A DNA stretch of 64,000 nt from Alphaproteobacteria bacterium UBA6187 (GCA_002422795.1 DITJ01000104.1:15324-79323), one strand, 5' to 3'. Numbered from the stretch's first letter, positions 45,688 to 55,959 are shown. Numbers and translations are program-made. The notes: generated by a model not told the origin, from the letters alone.

Positions 45688-46674
45688 TTATATAACTTTA
45701 ATAGAATCCTTAAACTTCATATATTGCGTCCTTTCATAAATCTTTACCCAATCTTTAACCATCTTCTGTGATGAATAATTTTTAAGGACATATTCCTGGC
45801 TGAGTTGCAAATAATGGCTTCGCTCTTCAAAAGAGCGTAACTTATTTATCAATTCTACAATGCCCGAATTTGATGTAAAAAGATAATTTTCAAGACCGCA
45901 ATTCGTTAAAAGCCTTTGATAAGCCGGAGTTTTACTTGCTATTACAGGAACGCCCCGGTTTATAGCAAGAACCGCCTTATTTTCTGACTTACAATAAGTG
46001 TTAACATCAAAATCAGTGGGAACATGACTTAATACACATGCATCAAAGGTTTGCAGCAATGCGGGAAATGTTTCTGGGGTATATTGGTGAATTATACAAT
46101 TTTGTACTTTGCCGTAATGCTTGTTTTTGGTAACAATATGATATTCAATTTCTTTTTCTAAATGTAAGGTAGTTAGTGTGTGTTCGTGTGCTATCATGGA
46201 CTTTTGATAAGAATCCGGATACCCAAACCACACAATTTTTAAAGGCTTTTTATTGTCTGTAGGCTTTTTAAATGAATTGGTAAAGCCAAAATCAATCGGG
46301 TCTAAGAGAACTTCAACCGAACGGTTTGTAAATAGTTGTACAACATCCTTCATTTCCGGGGTTGGCAGTAAAAGAACATCCACAAGCTCTGACCATCGTT
46401 TTAATGACGGAATCAATTTATTGCTGATATCTGGAATAAAAAGCATAATAACGGCATGTTGTGCGCGCTTCTGCAATAAGGATACAAGTCTTGGGTTCGT
46501 ATCAAGATCAATCTTTAAGCCGTTAATCAATATTCCAGATACTTTTTCATTGCTTTCTTGTAAACGACAAAAATTAAAGCCTGCAGGTTTTTGAGCAATT
46601 AATGGATTAAATTTCACGCGATGAACTACGCCATCAGGGTAGGGACTAAGGATTTCAATATTGTTTTTAAGCAT
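45688..46674 (-). CDS. Hypothetical protein, possibly a GT-B-type glycosyltransferase
   Basis: 328 aa. The C-terminal half (KIVWFGYPDS..., NRGVPVIASKTPAYQRLL) resembles a GT-B sugar-donor domain. The call is weak. Confidence 0.35.
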   Translation of the reverse strand: MLKNNIEILSPYPDGVVHRVKFNPLIAQKPAGFNFCRLQESNEKVSGILINGLKIDLDTNPRLVSLLQKRAQHAVIMLFIPDISNKLIPSLKRWSELVDVLLLPTPEMKDVVQLFTNRSVEVLLDPIDFGFTNSFKKPTDNKKPLKIVWFGYPDSYQKSMIAHEHTLTTLHLEKEIEYHIVTKNKHYGKVQNCIIHQYTPETFPALLQTFDACVLSHVPTDFDVNTYCKSENKAVLAINRGVPVIASKTPAYQRLLTNCGLENYLFTSNSGIVELINKLRSFEERSHYLQLSQEYVLKNYSSQKMVKDWVKIYERTQYMKFKDSIKVI

Positions 46675-46852
46675 TTGCAGATTCTTATTGAATATTTTAA
46701 CTTAGATTATAAATGTAAGATGTATTATATAAAGATAAATTTATACCCCATTATAATATGCTTATAAATATAAAAGAGCTACTATTGCAGCAAGAAGTTT
46801 TTTCTGTTATATAAATAATGCTATGTTATTTTACATGGCGCATGGTAAAAAT

Positions 46853-46868
46853 TGTTTCACGTGAAACA
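46853..46868. promoter_or_regulatory. parS site (perfect palindrome TGTTTCACGTGAAACA)
   Basis: An exact 16-mer matching the consensus TGTTNCACGTGAAACA, 12 bp upstream of the mnmG ATG. Confidence 0.85.
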
Positions 46869-46879
46869 CTGGAAAATAT

Positions 46880-48778
46880 ATGAAATATGATGTTATAGTT
46901 ATTGGCGGCGGCCATGCAGGATGTGAGGCCGCTGCGGCTTCTGCCCGGACGGGTGCAAAAACTATGCTTGCCACATTAAAGCCTGAGAATCTCGGTGAGA
47001 TGTCTTGCAATCCCGCAATCGGTGGAGTGGCAAAAGGAACGCTAGTTAGAGAAATTGACGCATTAGACGGTGTAATGGGGCGCGTTATAGATAAAGCCGG
47101 CATCCATTTTCGCATGCTTAATGCCAGTAAGGGCCCGGCTGTTTGGGGGCCGCGCGCACAAGCAGACCGCAAATTATACAAAAAAGCTATGCAGGAGATC
47201 CTGCCTGAAATTTCCAATCTTGATATAAAAATCACTTCTATTGAAAATATCATCCTTGATAAAAACAATGCGGTTGCTGGAGTTGAAACATCAACTGGCG
47301 AAGTTATAAATTGCAAAGCTGTTGTGCTTACTACAGGTACGTTCTTGCGTGGCCTTATTCACATGGGGGAAGTTAAAATCCCAGCAGGCAGAGTAGGGGA
47401 GCAGCCGTCAATAGGCTTATCAGATACATTGCAAAGATTTAATTTCAATCTTGGGCGCCTTAAAACGGGCACGCCTCCAAGGCTGGATGGCAGGACAATA
47501 GATTGGTCGGGCTTAGAAAAACAACCAACAGATAATCCACAGCAGCCGTTTTCTTATCTCACTGACAAAATTACCACTCCACAAATAGATTGCTACATCA
47601 CCAAAACCACACTGGCAACGCGTGACTTAATACAAGCGAATGTGCATCGCTCACCAATGTACTCAGGGCAGATATCCAGCATTGGGCCAAGATATTGCCC
47701 TTCAATTGAAGATAAAATTGTAAGATTTGCAGATAAACTAACCCACCAGATATTCCTTGAGCCGGAAGGGTTGGATGATGATACGGTTTATCCAAATGGC
47801 ATTTCAACGTCACTTCCAGAAGAGGTGCAAATCGAAATATTAAAAACGATTCCGGGCTTAGAAAATACCAAAATGTTCCGGCCTGGCTATGCAATAGAAT
47901 ATGATTTTGTTGATCCGCGTGAATTACGAGCAACATTAGAAACAAAAAAAATTCCTGGCTTGTTTCTTGCCGGGCAAATTAACGGAACCACTGGTTATGA
48001 AGAGGCTGGCGGGCAGGGGATAGTTGCTGGCATAAATGCCGCAAGACTTGCTGGTAATGGCGTTGCTGATTTCATATTGGATAGATCTGAAGCCTATATT
48101 GGCGTGATGATTGATGATTTAATAACGCTTGGCACATCAGAGCCTTATCGTATGTTTACCTCAAGGGCTGAATACCGCCTTAGTTTGCGCAGCGACAATG
48201 CGGATTTGCGCCTTACACAAAAAGGCATTGATGCGGGATGTATATCTTCTATAAGAACCGAGGCATTTAGTAAAAAAGAGCGGCTTCTAACTGAAGCAAA
48301 AAACAAAATGCTATCTGTGAATATTTCACCCAATGAGGCGGAAAAATCTGGCGTTTTTATAAATAAAGATGGTGTGAAGCGCAGTGCCTTGGAGCTTCTG
48401 GCGATGAATAATATAGGCTTTGATGGCGTAAGTAAAATTTGGCCGGAATTTAAGGACCTTCCTGCTGATATTATTCAGCAGCTCTCCATTGAGGCGGTTT
48501 ATTCTGTATATTTAGAAAAACAGCAGGCCGATATTGTTACTTTCCGCAAAGATGAAGAGGTTCATATACCTGAAGATTTTGATTATGATTCGCCCTCAAT
48601 AAGCCTTTCAAATGAATCCAGGGTAAAATTCAAGAAAGCTTTGCCACATACTATTGGTGCGGCAGCACGAATTCCGGGGATTACTCCGGCGGCTGTTACC
48701 TCTTTGTTAGTGGCGATTAAGAAGCGCAAAACAATAAGGTCGCATAGCAATGCAATGTTTCACGTGAAACACCCATAA
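46880..48778 (+). CDS. mnmG: tRNA uridine-5-carboxymethylaminomethyl modification enzyme MnmG (GidA)
   Basis: 632 aa with [16 protein letters not shown] and NPAIGG blocks, and full-length similarity to GidA. Confidence 0.96.
   Translation: MKYDVIVIGGGHAGCEAAAASARTGAKTMLATLKPENLGEMSCNPAIGGVAKGTLVREIDALDGVMGRVIDKAGIHFRMLNASKGPAVWGPRAQADRKLYKKAMQEILPEISNLDIKITSIENIILDKNNAVAGVETSTGEVINCKAVVLTTGTFLRGLIHMGEVKIPAGRVGEQPSIGLSDTLQRFNFNLGRLKTGTPPRLDGRTIDWSGLEKQPTDNPQQPFSYLTDKITTPQIDCYITKTTLATRDLIQANVHRSPMYSGQISSIGPRYCPSIEDKIVRFADKLTHQIFLEPEGLDDDTVYPNGISTSLPEEVQIEILKTIPGLENTKMFRPGYAIEYDFVDPRELRATLETKKIPGLFLAGQINGTTGYEEAGGQGIVAGINAARLAGNGVADFILDRSEAYIGVMIDDLITLGTSEPYRMFTSRAEYRLSLRSDNADLRLTQKGIDAGCISSIRTEAFSKKERLLTEAKNKMLSVNISPNEAEKSGVFINKDGVKRSALELLAMNNIGFDGVSKIWPEFKDLPADIIQQLSIEAVYSVYLEKQQADIVTFRKDEEVHIPEDFDYDSPSISLSNESRVKFKKALPHTIGAAARIPGITPAAVTSLLVAIKKRKTIRSHSNAMFHVKHP
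48756..48771. promoter_or_regulatory. parS site inside the last codons of mnmG
   Basis: Exact TGTTTCACGTGAAACA, encoding MFHVKH at the MnmG C-terminus. Confidence 0.85.
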
Positions 48779-48798
48779 ATTTATAATCTGATCTTTTC

Positions 48799-49416
48799 AT
48801 GACACAATTAAATATTCTGAAATCCATAACTGGAAATTCTAATTTCTTACAGGATAAAATCACTAGTTTGCAGGATTTCTCGGAGCTGCTTCTAAAGTGG
48901 AACCAGAAAATTAACCTGGTGAGTAAGAAAATTACTGCGGAAGAGTTATGGCAGAGGCATATATTAGATTCGGCTCAATTATTAAAATACATTCCCGGCC
49001 AAAGTAAAATAGTTGATTTTGGCAGTGGGGCCGGGTTCCCGGCCATTATATTGGCGCTTTTAAGTGATGATGAAATCACATTAGTAGAAAGTGACCAGCG
49101 TAAATGTGCTTTTATGCAGGAAGCTAAGGCAAAATTTAATTTGAATATAAATGTTATTTGCGCGCGCATTGAAGATGTAAAACCATTTGATGTGGATGTT
49201 ATAACCTCACGGGCATTGGCCCCATTACAGAATTTACTGGAATATTCTTACCCTTTCTACAAGAATGATAATTATATGCTTTTCTTAAAGGGGCAGAATG
49301 TGTTAGAAGAAATAAAGGAAGCATCAATATATTGGGATTTTACCCATGAGCTATTCCCTGATGCCGTAAATAAAGAAGGTGGCGTGTTAAAAATTTCTAA
49401 TTTAAAGAGGCTATAA
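48799..49416 (+). CDS. rsmG: 16S rRNA m7G527 methyltransferase RsmG (GidB)
   Basis: 205 aa with DFGSGAGFPAI as the SAM motif, in the canonical position after mnmG. Confidence 0.92.
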   Translation: MTQLNILKSITGNSNFLQDKITSLQDFSELLLKWNQKINLVSKKITAEELWQRHILDSAQLLKYIPGQSKIVDFGSGAGFPAIILALLSDDEITLVESDQRKCAFMQEAKAKFNLNINVICARIEDVKPFDVDVITSRALAPLQNLLEYSYPFYKNDNYMLFLKGQNVLEEIKEASIYWDFTHELFPDAVNKEGGVLKISNLKRL

Positions 49417-50222
49417 TGACATCTAACCTTGCAAAAGATAACACCAAAATAATGGCATTGGTTAACCAGAAAGGTGGGGTGGGGAAGACGACGACGGCTG
49501 TAAACCTCGCAACCGCCCTTTCTGCAACCAGAAAAAAAGTTTTACTTATAGATTTAGATCCACAAGGCAATGCTAGCACCGGTCTTGGAATTGAAGGCAA
49601 GCTACGTAAGAATAACAGCATTTATGAAGTTTTGGTAGGTTTAAGAAACATTGAAGACGCGGTGATAAAAACAAAAATTCCTGGCTTAGATATAGTACCA
49701 GCAAGCGTGGTGCTTTCTGCCGCTGAAATTGAGCTGGTAGGAGTTGAATCTAGGGAGTTTGTACTCAAATCTTTATTAAACGGCCTATCTAAAAAATATG
49801 ATTACATACTTATAGATTGCCCACCATCATTGGGGCTGCTTACTTTAAATGCCTTGGTTGCCTCTAATTCAGTGATGATCCCCCTGCAATGTGAATTTTT
49901 TGCGCTAGAGGGGCTTAGCCATTTATTAAAAACTGTGGAATTAGTAAAAAAGAAGCTCAATCCGGCACTTTCTATCCATGGAATTGTACTTACCATGTAT
50001 GATAAACGCAATAAATTGACAGAACAGGTAGAGCTTGATGTAAGAAAACATCTGGGAGACGATGTTTACAAAACAGTTATTCCAAGAAATATAAAAATTT
50101 CAGAAGCGCCGTCACACGGACAGCCAGCAATTATTTATGATTATAAATCGGCTGGTTCAATGGCGTATTTGCACTTAGCGAAAGAAATGCTGCAAAGAGA
50201 AAAGAGGGCGGTTGCCGTTTAA
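49416..50222 (+). CDS. parA: Chromosome partitioning ATPase ParA
   Basis: Deviant Walker A NQKGGVGKTTT. The ATG overlaps the rsmG stop. Confidence 0.94.
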   Translation: MTSNLAKDNTKIMALVNQKGGVGKTTTAVNLATALSATRKKVLLIDLDPQGNASTGLGIEGKLRKNNSIYEVLVGLRNIEDAVIKTKIPGLDIVPASVVLSAAEIELVGVESREFVLKSLLNGLSKKYDYILIDCPPSLGLLTLNALVASNSVMIPLQCEFFALEGLSHLLKTVELVKKKLNPALSIHGIVLTMYDKRNKLTEQVELDVRKHLGDDVYKTVIPRNIKISEAPSHGQPAIIYDYKSAGSMAYLHLAKEMLQREKRAVAV

Positions 50223-50232
50223 TATTGCAAAA

Positions 50233-50248
50233 TGTTTCACGTGAAACA
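50233..50248. promoter_or_regulatory. parS site between parA and parB
   Basis: Exact TGTTTCACGTGAAACA. Confidence 0.85.
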
Positions 50249-50277
50249 TATATTTATTTAAAATAAGGAAAAGCATA

Positions 50278-51153
50278 ATGAAAATATCAAAACAAGCACT
50301 AGGTAAAGGACTTTCCGCATTAATCTCGACTGATGATGATGACTTTCAAACAGCAGAAAGATTGCAGCCACTGGAGATGCCTTTAAATTTATTGGTGGCT
50401 GGGAAATCGCAGCCAAGGGGGTATTTTGAAGAGAGTAGCTTGCAGGAGCTTGCTGAATCTATTAAGAAAAATGGAGTTATTCAGCCCATTTTGGTGAGGA
50501 AATTAAATGATATAAGCTATGAAATAATTGCTGGAGAGCGTCGTTTCCGCGCTTCAAAACTGGCCGGATTACAGACCATGCCTGTAATTATAAAAGAATT
50601 AGATAACCGGCAAGCATTGGAATTAGCCCTTATAGAAAATATCCAAAGAGAAAACCTTACTGCAATTGAAGAAGCTGAGGGGTATAAACGCCTACAGGAA
50701 GAATTTAACTACACGCAAGAGCAATTAGGTAATGTTTTAGGAAAAAGCCGTAGCCATGTAGCAAATATGCTGCGTTTATTAACCCTGCCGCAATCAATAA
50801 AAGATATGTTAAATTCCGGGTTGATTTCTATGGGGCATGCCAGGGTATTGGTGGGGGTGGAGGGTCCACAAGCATTAGCTGAAAGAATAGTTAATGAAGG
50901 GCTAAGTGTGCGTGATGCTGAAAAGTTTGCCAGCGGTAGTATGCATAGTCAAGTTACAGCAAAAGAGCGTCAACCGAGTCAGAAAAGAAATAACTCTACC
51001 GCATCTAGCGCGCAAAAGGATGAGGATTTATTGCTTATAGAAAGATCTTTATCAGATTTACTTGGTATGAAGATTTCTATTGAGGAAGATCGTGTTGTGC
51101 TTTACTACAACAATCTTACTGAACTAGATAAGATATTGCAAAGGATAGGTTAA
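50278..51153 (+). CDS. parB: Chromosome partitioning protein ParB
   Basis: 291 aa with the GERRFRA box and an HTH region (QEQLGNVLGKSRSHVANMLRLL). Confidence 0.94.
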   Translation: MKISKQALGKGLSALISTDDDDFQTAERLQPLEMPLNLLVAGKSQPRGYFEESSLQELAESIKKNGVIQPILVRKLNDISYEIIAGERRFRASKLAGLQTMPVIIKELDNRQALELALIENIQRENLTAIEEAEGYKRLQEEFNYTQEQLGNVLGKSRSHVANMLRLLTLPQSIKDMLNSGLISMGHARVLVGVEGPQALAERIVNEGLSVRDAEKFASGSMHSQVTAKERQPSQKRNNSTASSAQKDEDLLLIERSLSDLLGMKISIEEDRVVLYYNNLTELDKILQRIG

Positions 51154-51191
51154 TTGGCATTTCTATAATTCTGGCAATAATGTATACTTAT

Positions 51192-51264
51192 ATTTCATTA
51201 TGCAGAAGCTTCGCCAATTATGCAAGTCCGAAGAATAACAACATAGAAATGAAAATGAGTATAA
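51192..51264. repeat. Diverged half copy of the 5876-6058 palindromic element
   Basis: atttcattatgcagaagcttcgccaattatgcaagtccgaagaataacaacatagaaatgaaaatgagtata aligns with the reverse complement of 5876-5950. Confidence 0.6.
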
Positions 51265-51352
51265 AGCAGGAGAGGGTGCTTTTTTAGAGATTGCCTTACT
51301 GTTGATCTTGTTTTTCTTTCCAAGCAGCTAAATTTCCGCTATTGCTACTATC

Positions 51353-54300
51353 ATGACAACAGCACAGCTTCAAGCATCAGACCCGGCATATTCGGTATGG
51401 GTGGCGGCATCTGCCGGAACGGGAAAAACCACCGTGCTTACCTCACGTGTGCTGCGCCTGCTGCTTAATAATACCAACCCGGGGAAAATTCTGTGCCTAA
51501 CCTACACAAAGGCAGGTGCTGCGGAAATGGAATGCCGCATTAAAGCCAGATTATGCCGCTGGGTAACATTGCCGGAAAATGAGCTTATCGTAGAATTAAC
51601 GAAGCTTACCACTGAAATTCCAAGCGCAGATACAATAAAGCTCGCCCGCAAATTATTCCTTGAAACGCTGGATACGCCTGACGGGATTAAAATCCAGACC
51701 ATCCACTCATTCTGCCAGGGATTAATGCGCCGTTTTCCGCTTGAGGCGGGGATTGTGCCGCATTTTAAGGTTATGGACGATAAAACCTCAAGAGAATTAT
51801 TAAAAGAAGCACGCTTAAAGCTCCTTTCTGATTCAGATATTTATACGGCAGAAATAAAAGCCTCCATTACAAATATTTTCAGGCGAATTCGCGAAGGCAC
51901 GTTTTCAGAAGTAATTGAAGGTATAATAAGTGACCGTGGTAAACTGGGCAAGGCAATCGCCCAATCTGGTGGGGTAGAGGGGCTAAAAAAAGCAATATTC
52001 GGATTGCTTGAAGTGGATGAGGGGCAAGATGAATATGCCGTCCTTAAAAACGCCATGCAGGAGGCAAATTTTAACAGGAAAGAATTGCATGCAACAGCTA
52101 TTGGGCTTTTAAATGAAAAAGGCGTGACTTTTATAGAGCGCGGAAAAATTATATGTAACTGGCTGGAGCAGGACGAAAAAGGCAGGCTGGAAAATTTCCA
52201 CTCATATAAACTTGCATATCTTACTAAAGAAGAGGCGCCAAGGGCGGCATTGCTTCCTGCAAAAACCAATATACCGCCTGAACCGATAGACTTTGAAAAA
52301 GAGCGTATATGCAGGCTGATTAGAGCCATAAAAAGAACCAGGCTGGCGCTTCTTTCCAGTAGCATGGTAGATATTGCCTGCTCGCTCTTGGCATTATACG
52401 ATATAGAAAAATCCGGCAAGGCATATCTTGATTATAACGACCTTATCACAAAAGCCGAAAACCTGCTTTCTGGCACAGATATTGCACCATGGGTGCTTTA
52501 TAAACTAGATGGCGGCATAGACCACTTGCTGCTCGATGAAGCGCAGGATACCAGCCTGGCACAGTGGCATATCATAGATTCCTTATGCTCGGAATTTTTT
52601 ACAGGCAGTGGCGCGCGCGATGTGGAGCGGACAATTTTCGTGGTAGGAGATGAAAAGCAATCAATATTCAGCTTCCAGGGGGCGGCTCCGCATATATTCA
52701 ATAAAATGCGCTATAAATTCCAGGAGCGCGCCGAGCAGGCAGGCAAGCAATGGCTGAATGTAAGGCTGGATGAATCTTTCCGCTCTGCGCCTGTGGTGTT
52801 GCGGGCGGTGGATGCGGTATCGCAGGGATTGGGGATTAGGACTTGGGGATTAGGGAATCATAATAATCTGGAATCAACTTCCTTTAATATTAACGCGGCT
52901 TCCTCGCCACCTCCCAATCCCCAATCCCCAATCCCCAACTTACATATTCCCCACCATAAAACCCTGCATGGCAAAGTGGAAATATGGCCTTTAATCGAAC
53001 GGCAACAAGAAGAAGAGCAAAGTGCCGGCTGGGTGATGCCGCTGGAATATAAGGATAAACAGAACCCCCCGAAAATTCTTGCTGAAAAAATTGCCAGCAC
53101 CATAAAGAAGTGGCTTGATAATGGCCGCATAATTGAAGCAACGGGGCAGAAAGTGCGTGCAGGCGATATAATTATATTGCTGCGCAAAAGAACCAACATG
53201 GCGGATAATATTATCTCCAGTTTGAAAAGCCGCAATGTTGCCGTGGCAGGGCATGATAGGCTTATAATAACAGAGCATATTGCGGTTATGGATTTAATGG
53301 CGTTGGGTAACTTCCTGTTGCTGCCCGAAGATAGTCTGTCGCTCGCCTGCGTTTTAAAATCACCCTTAATCGGCTTTTCGGAAGAAGATTTATTTCAAGT
53401 TGCGTATGGAAGGGATAAAAAAAGCCTATGGCAGGCTTTGAAAGAGCGCGCAAAAGATGCGCAAAACCCGCCGCATTTCCAGCATGCAGTGGAGTATCTT
53501 TCCAATCTGCTGAATAAGGTTGATTATTTTACTCCATTTAAGCTTTATTGTTATATATTAGAGGCTATCGGCGGCAGGAAAAAGCTGGTGCAGCGCCTGG
53601 GCGAGGAAATAAATGATCCCGTGGATGAATTCCTTTCTTTGAGCCTTGAATTTGAAAAATCCCATGCCCCTTCCTTGCAGGGTTTTTTAAACTGGCTGGA
53701 ATCCGGCAAATCAGAAATAAAACGCGATATGGAACAAAGTGGCACAGATGCTGTAAGGGTGATGACAGTGCATGGCTCTAAGGGGCTAGAAGCGCCTATA
53801 GTCATAATGCCTGATACCACTACCGTACCCGAAACGAAAATGAAAATTTTCTGGCATGAGGATGATAACGCAAACATACTTCTCTGGCCGGGCGGTTCGC
53901 ATAACGAGGAAGAATTCTGCGATGCTATAAAAGAAAACAAAAAAATGGAAGAAAAGCAGGAATATTACCGCCTGCTTTATGTAGCCATGACCCGCGCTAA
54001 ATTTGAGCTATATGTAGCAGGTTCGGTAGGTAAAAAAAGCAGGCCGGATTGGTGCTGGTATGATGTTATATATTCCGCACTTGATAATATTAGACTTCCA
54101 CGGAAACAGGGTTTTGGGGAGGCAGATGCGCGAAGCGAGTATCACAGAACCGTAAGCGTACAGGGCGTACGTGCGGATTCGAGAAACGCAGCGACAAGCG
54201 AGCTGCCCACCAAAACCCTGTTTCCGTGGAAGTCTATTGCGGAAAAAGATGCAGATGGCATCTTACGCTTAAGCGGCGGCAATCCTGCGATTATAAAAGA

Positions 54301-54949
54301 ATCGCAAATAAAGCAGGCCGCTGTTTTTGCCCCGCTGCCTGCATATTTATTGAATAAGCCTGAAAGTGAGCCAAACCCAACGCGCCCCCTTACCCCATCA
54401 AAAATTGAAGGGGAGCAAGGCGCGGAGGTTTATTCGCCGTCCAGCCGGGCAAAGCTTATGGAAGGCAAGATTATCCATAGCCTGCTGGAATTCCTGCCTG
54501 ATATATTTGAGGCAAACCGCATGGATAAAGGGCTTGAATTTTTAAGAAAGAAGTTTCCCACCGCTGAAAATGTGGAGATAGAAAGCATACTGGCGAACTT
54601 GCTTGCAATAATGTGCAGGGACGATCTAAAGCATGTATTTAGCGAAACATCCCGCGCCGAAGTGCCGGTTATAGGAATCGCTGGCGGCATGGTTATATCG
54701 GGCCGTATCGACAGGCTAGGCATCACAGATGATAAGGTAATAATAGTTGATTACAAAACCGGGCGCATACCGCCTAAATCAATTTCAGCTATAAATAGGG
54801 CTTATATTAAGCAGATGTCTGTTTATAAGGATATCATTAAGGAAATTTACCCTGCCAAGCAAGTGGAATGTTACCTTATATGGACAGAAGGTGCGGTAGT
54901 TTTCAAATTACCTGAAGAAACCCTTGGTAAACAGGCGAGTGTAGTGTAA
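51353..54949 (+). CDS. addA: Double-strand-break repair helicase-nuclease AddA (UvrD-like helicase plus C-terminal RecB-type nuclease)
   Basis: 1198 aa with Walker A AASAGTGKTTVL, LLLDEAQDTS, and the C-terminal nuclease motif GRIDRLG...IIVDYKTG. It is followed by trxA, as in many alphaproteobacteria. It contains two palindromic inserts. Confidence 0.9.
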   Translation: MTTAQLQASDPAYSVWVAASAGTGKTTVLTSRVLRLLLNNTNPGKILCLTYTKAGAAEMECRIKARLCRWVTLPENELIVELTKLTTEIPSADTIKLARKLFLETLDTPDGIKIQTIHSFCQGLMRRFPLEAGIVPHFKVMDDKTSRELLKEARLKLLSDSDIYTAEIKASITNIFRRIREGTFSEVIEGIISDRGKLGKAIAQSGGVEGLKKAIFGLLEVDEGQDEYAVLKNAMQEANFNRKELHATAIGLLNEKGVTFIERGKIICNWLEQDEKGRLENFHSYKLAYLTKEEAPRAALLPAKTNIPPEPIDFEKERICRLIRAIKRTRLALLSSSMVDIACSLLALYDIEKSGKAYLDYNDLITKAENLLSGTDIAPWVLYKLDGGIDHLLLDEAQDTSLAQWHIIDSLCSEFFTGSGARDVERTIFVVGDEKQSIFSFQGAAPHIFNKMRYKFQERAEQAGKQWLNVRLDESFRSAPVVLRAVDAVSQGLGIRTWGLGNHNNLESTSFNINAASSPPPNPQSPIPNLHIPHHKTLHGKVEIWPLIERQQEEEQSAGWVMPLEYKDKQNPPKILAEKIASTIKKWLDNGRIIEATGQKVRAGDIIILLRKRTNMADNIISSLKSRNVAVAGHDRLIITEHIAVMDLMALGNFLLLPEDSLSLACVLKSPLIGFSEEDLFQVAYGRDKKSLWQALKERAKDAQNPPHFQHAVEYLSNLLNKVDYFTPFKLYCYILEAIGGRKKLVQRLGEEINDPVDEFLSLSLEFEKSHAPSLQGFLNWLESGKSEIKRDMEQSGTDAVRVMTVHGSKGLEAPIVIMPDTTTVPETKMKIFWHEDDNANILLWPGGSHNEEEFCDAIKENKKMEEKQEYYRLLYVAMTRAKFELYVAGSVGKKSRPDWCWYDVIYSALDNIRLPRKQGFGEADARSEYHRTVSVQGVRADSRNAATSELPTKTLFPWKSIAEKDADGILRLSGGNPAIIKESQIKQAAVFAPLPAYLLNKPESEPNPTRPLTPSKIEGEQGAEVYSPSSRAKLMEGKIIHSLLEFLPDIFEANRMDKGLEFLRKKFPTAENVEIESILANLLAIMCRDDLKHVFSETSRAEVPVIGIAGGMVISGRIDRLGITDDKVIIVDYKTGRIPPKSISAINRAYIKQMSVYKDIIKEIYPAKQVECYLIWTEGAVVFKLPEETLGKQASVV
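52825..52938. repeat. Heptad-word hairpin embedded in-frame in addA
   Basis: The 5' arm is GGATTGG GGATTAG GACTTGG GGATTAG GGAAT. The 3' arm is CCTCCCA ATCCCCA ATCCCCA ATCCCCA AC. It is translated as ...GLGIRTWGLGNHNNLESTSFNINAASSPPPNPQSPIPN... The boundaries are approximate. Confidence 0.7.
54095..54232. repeat. 138-bp palindromic element embedded in-frame in addA
   Basis: Perfect 23-bp inverted termini cttccacggaaacagggttttgg (54095-54117) and ccaaaaccctgtttccgtggaag (54210-54232). It spans exactly 46 codons, starts on a codon boundary, and encodes LPRKQGFGEADARSEYHRTVSVQGVRADSRNAATSELPTKTLFPWK. Confidence 0.85.
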
Positions 54950-55067
54950 GATAATATCTACCTTGAAATTTGCTCCAACTGACATTATATAATAGCAATA
55001 AGCCACAGCAAGCAGGCTGTAATTAAGATATAGCAATATCAAAAAATAATTAAACATAGGAATTTTT

Positions 55068-55391
55068 ATGTCGCACGAAACTACAGATATTAATTTTGAA
55101 AAAGATGTTTTAAAAGCAAATGGCCCTGTACTTGTTGATTTCTGGGCTGAATGGTGTGGGCCTTGTAAGCAGTTATCTCCGATTATTGACGAAATTTCCA
55201 ACGAACTTAAAGGCAAGCTGGAAGTTTATAAAGTAAATATAGACCAAAACCCGGATGCACCTGCTAAATATAATGTGCGCGGTATACCTACCTTACTTAT
55301 ATTTAAAGATGGCGCGCCAGTTGCAACTAAAGTAGGCTCACTTCCAAAAAGCCGCCTTGTTGAGTGGATTACAACTGTTATTGCTGCGTAA
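55068..55391 (+). CDS. trxA: Thioredoxin
   Basis: 107 aa with the WAEWCGPCK active site. Confidence 0.96.
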   Translation: MSHETTDINFEKDVLKANGPVLVDFWAEWCGPCKQLSPIIDEISNELKGKLEVYKVNIDQNPDAPAKYNVRGIPTLLIFKDGAPVATKVGSLPKSRLVEWITTVIAA

Positions 55392-55435
55392 TATCTACCA
55401 TTCCACTTAGTTTTAATAAAATTTTGAAGTACAGT

Positions 55436-55470
55436 AAAACCCCCTATCCTTCAATGGATAGGGGGTTTTG
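55436..55470 (+). terminator. Rho-independent terminator after trxA
   Basis: aaaaccccctatcc ttcaat ggatagggggtttt forms a GC-rich ~13-bp stem followed by a T run. Confidence 0.8.
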
Positions 55471-55590
55471 CAATTGCAATCAGTATATTATTTATATGCC
55501 AATATTGCCCTAGTGGCTCAAAATAATGGAAGAATATACAAAATTACAAACCTCGAATTCTATATAATTAAATAAAACCAGGTAATATTT

Positions 55591-55959
55591 ATGGAAATAA
55601 AAACAGTTGATGTGCAAGCTTTGCAAGAGCTTCTTGATAGAAATGAAGTAGTGCTTATTGATGTTCGTGAGGTTGATGAGCATAGCGAAGCAAGCATTCC
55701 TAGCGCTATTAATATCCCCCTTGGCATTGTCACAATAGAATTACTGCCTAAAAACAACTCTGGAAAGAAACTTGTCTTGCATTGCGGCGGTGGCGGAAGA
55801 AGCGCCAAGGCTTGCGAAAAATTAATAATGCAGGATTCCGATATTGAAGTTTATAACCTTACAGGCGGTATCCGCTCATGGAAAGGGGCTGGATATGCTG
55901 TAAATGGGGCTGGTATAATTAGTTCCAATATGTGTGCCATCAAAGTAAAAAGTGAATAG
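55591..55959 (+). CDS. Rhodanese-domain sulfurtransferase
   Basis: 122 aa with the active-site loop HCGGGGRSAKA. Confidence 0.85.
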   Translation: MEIKTVDVQALQELLDRNEVVLIDVREVDEHSEASIPSAINIPLGIVTIELLPKNNSGKKLVLHCGGGGRSAKACEKLIMQDSDIEVYNLTGGIRSWKGAGYAVNGAGIISSNMCAIKVKSE

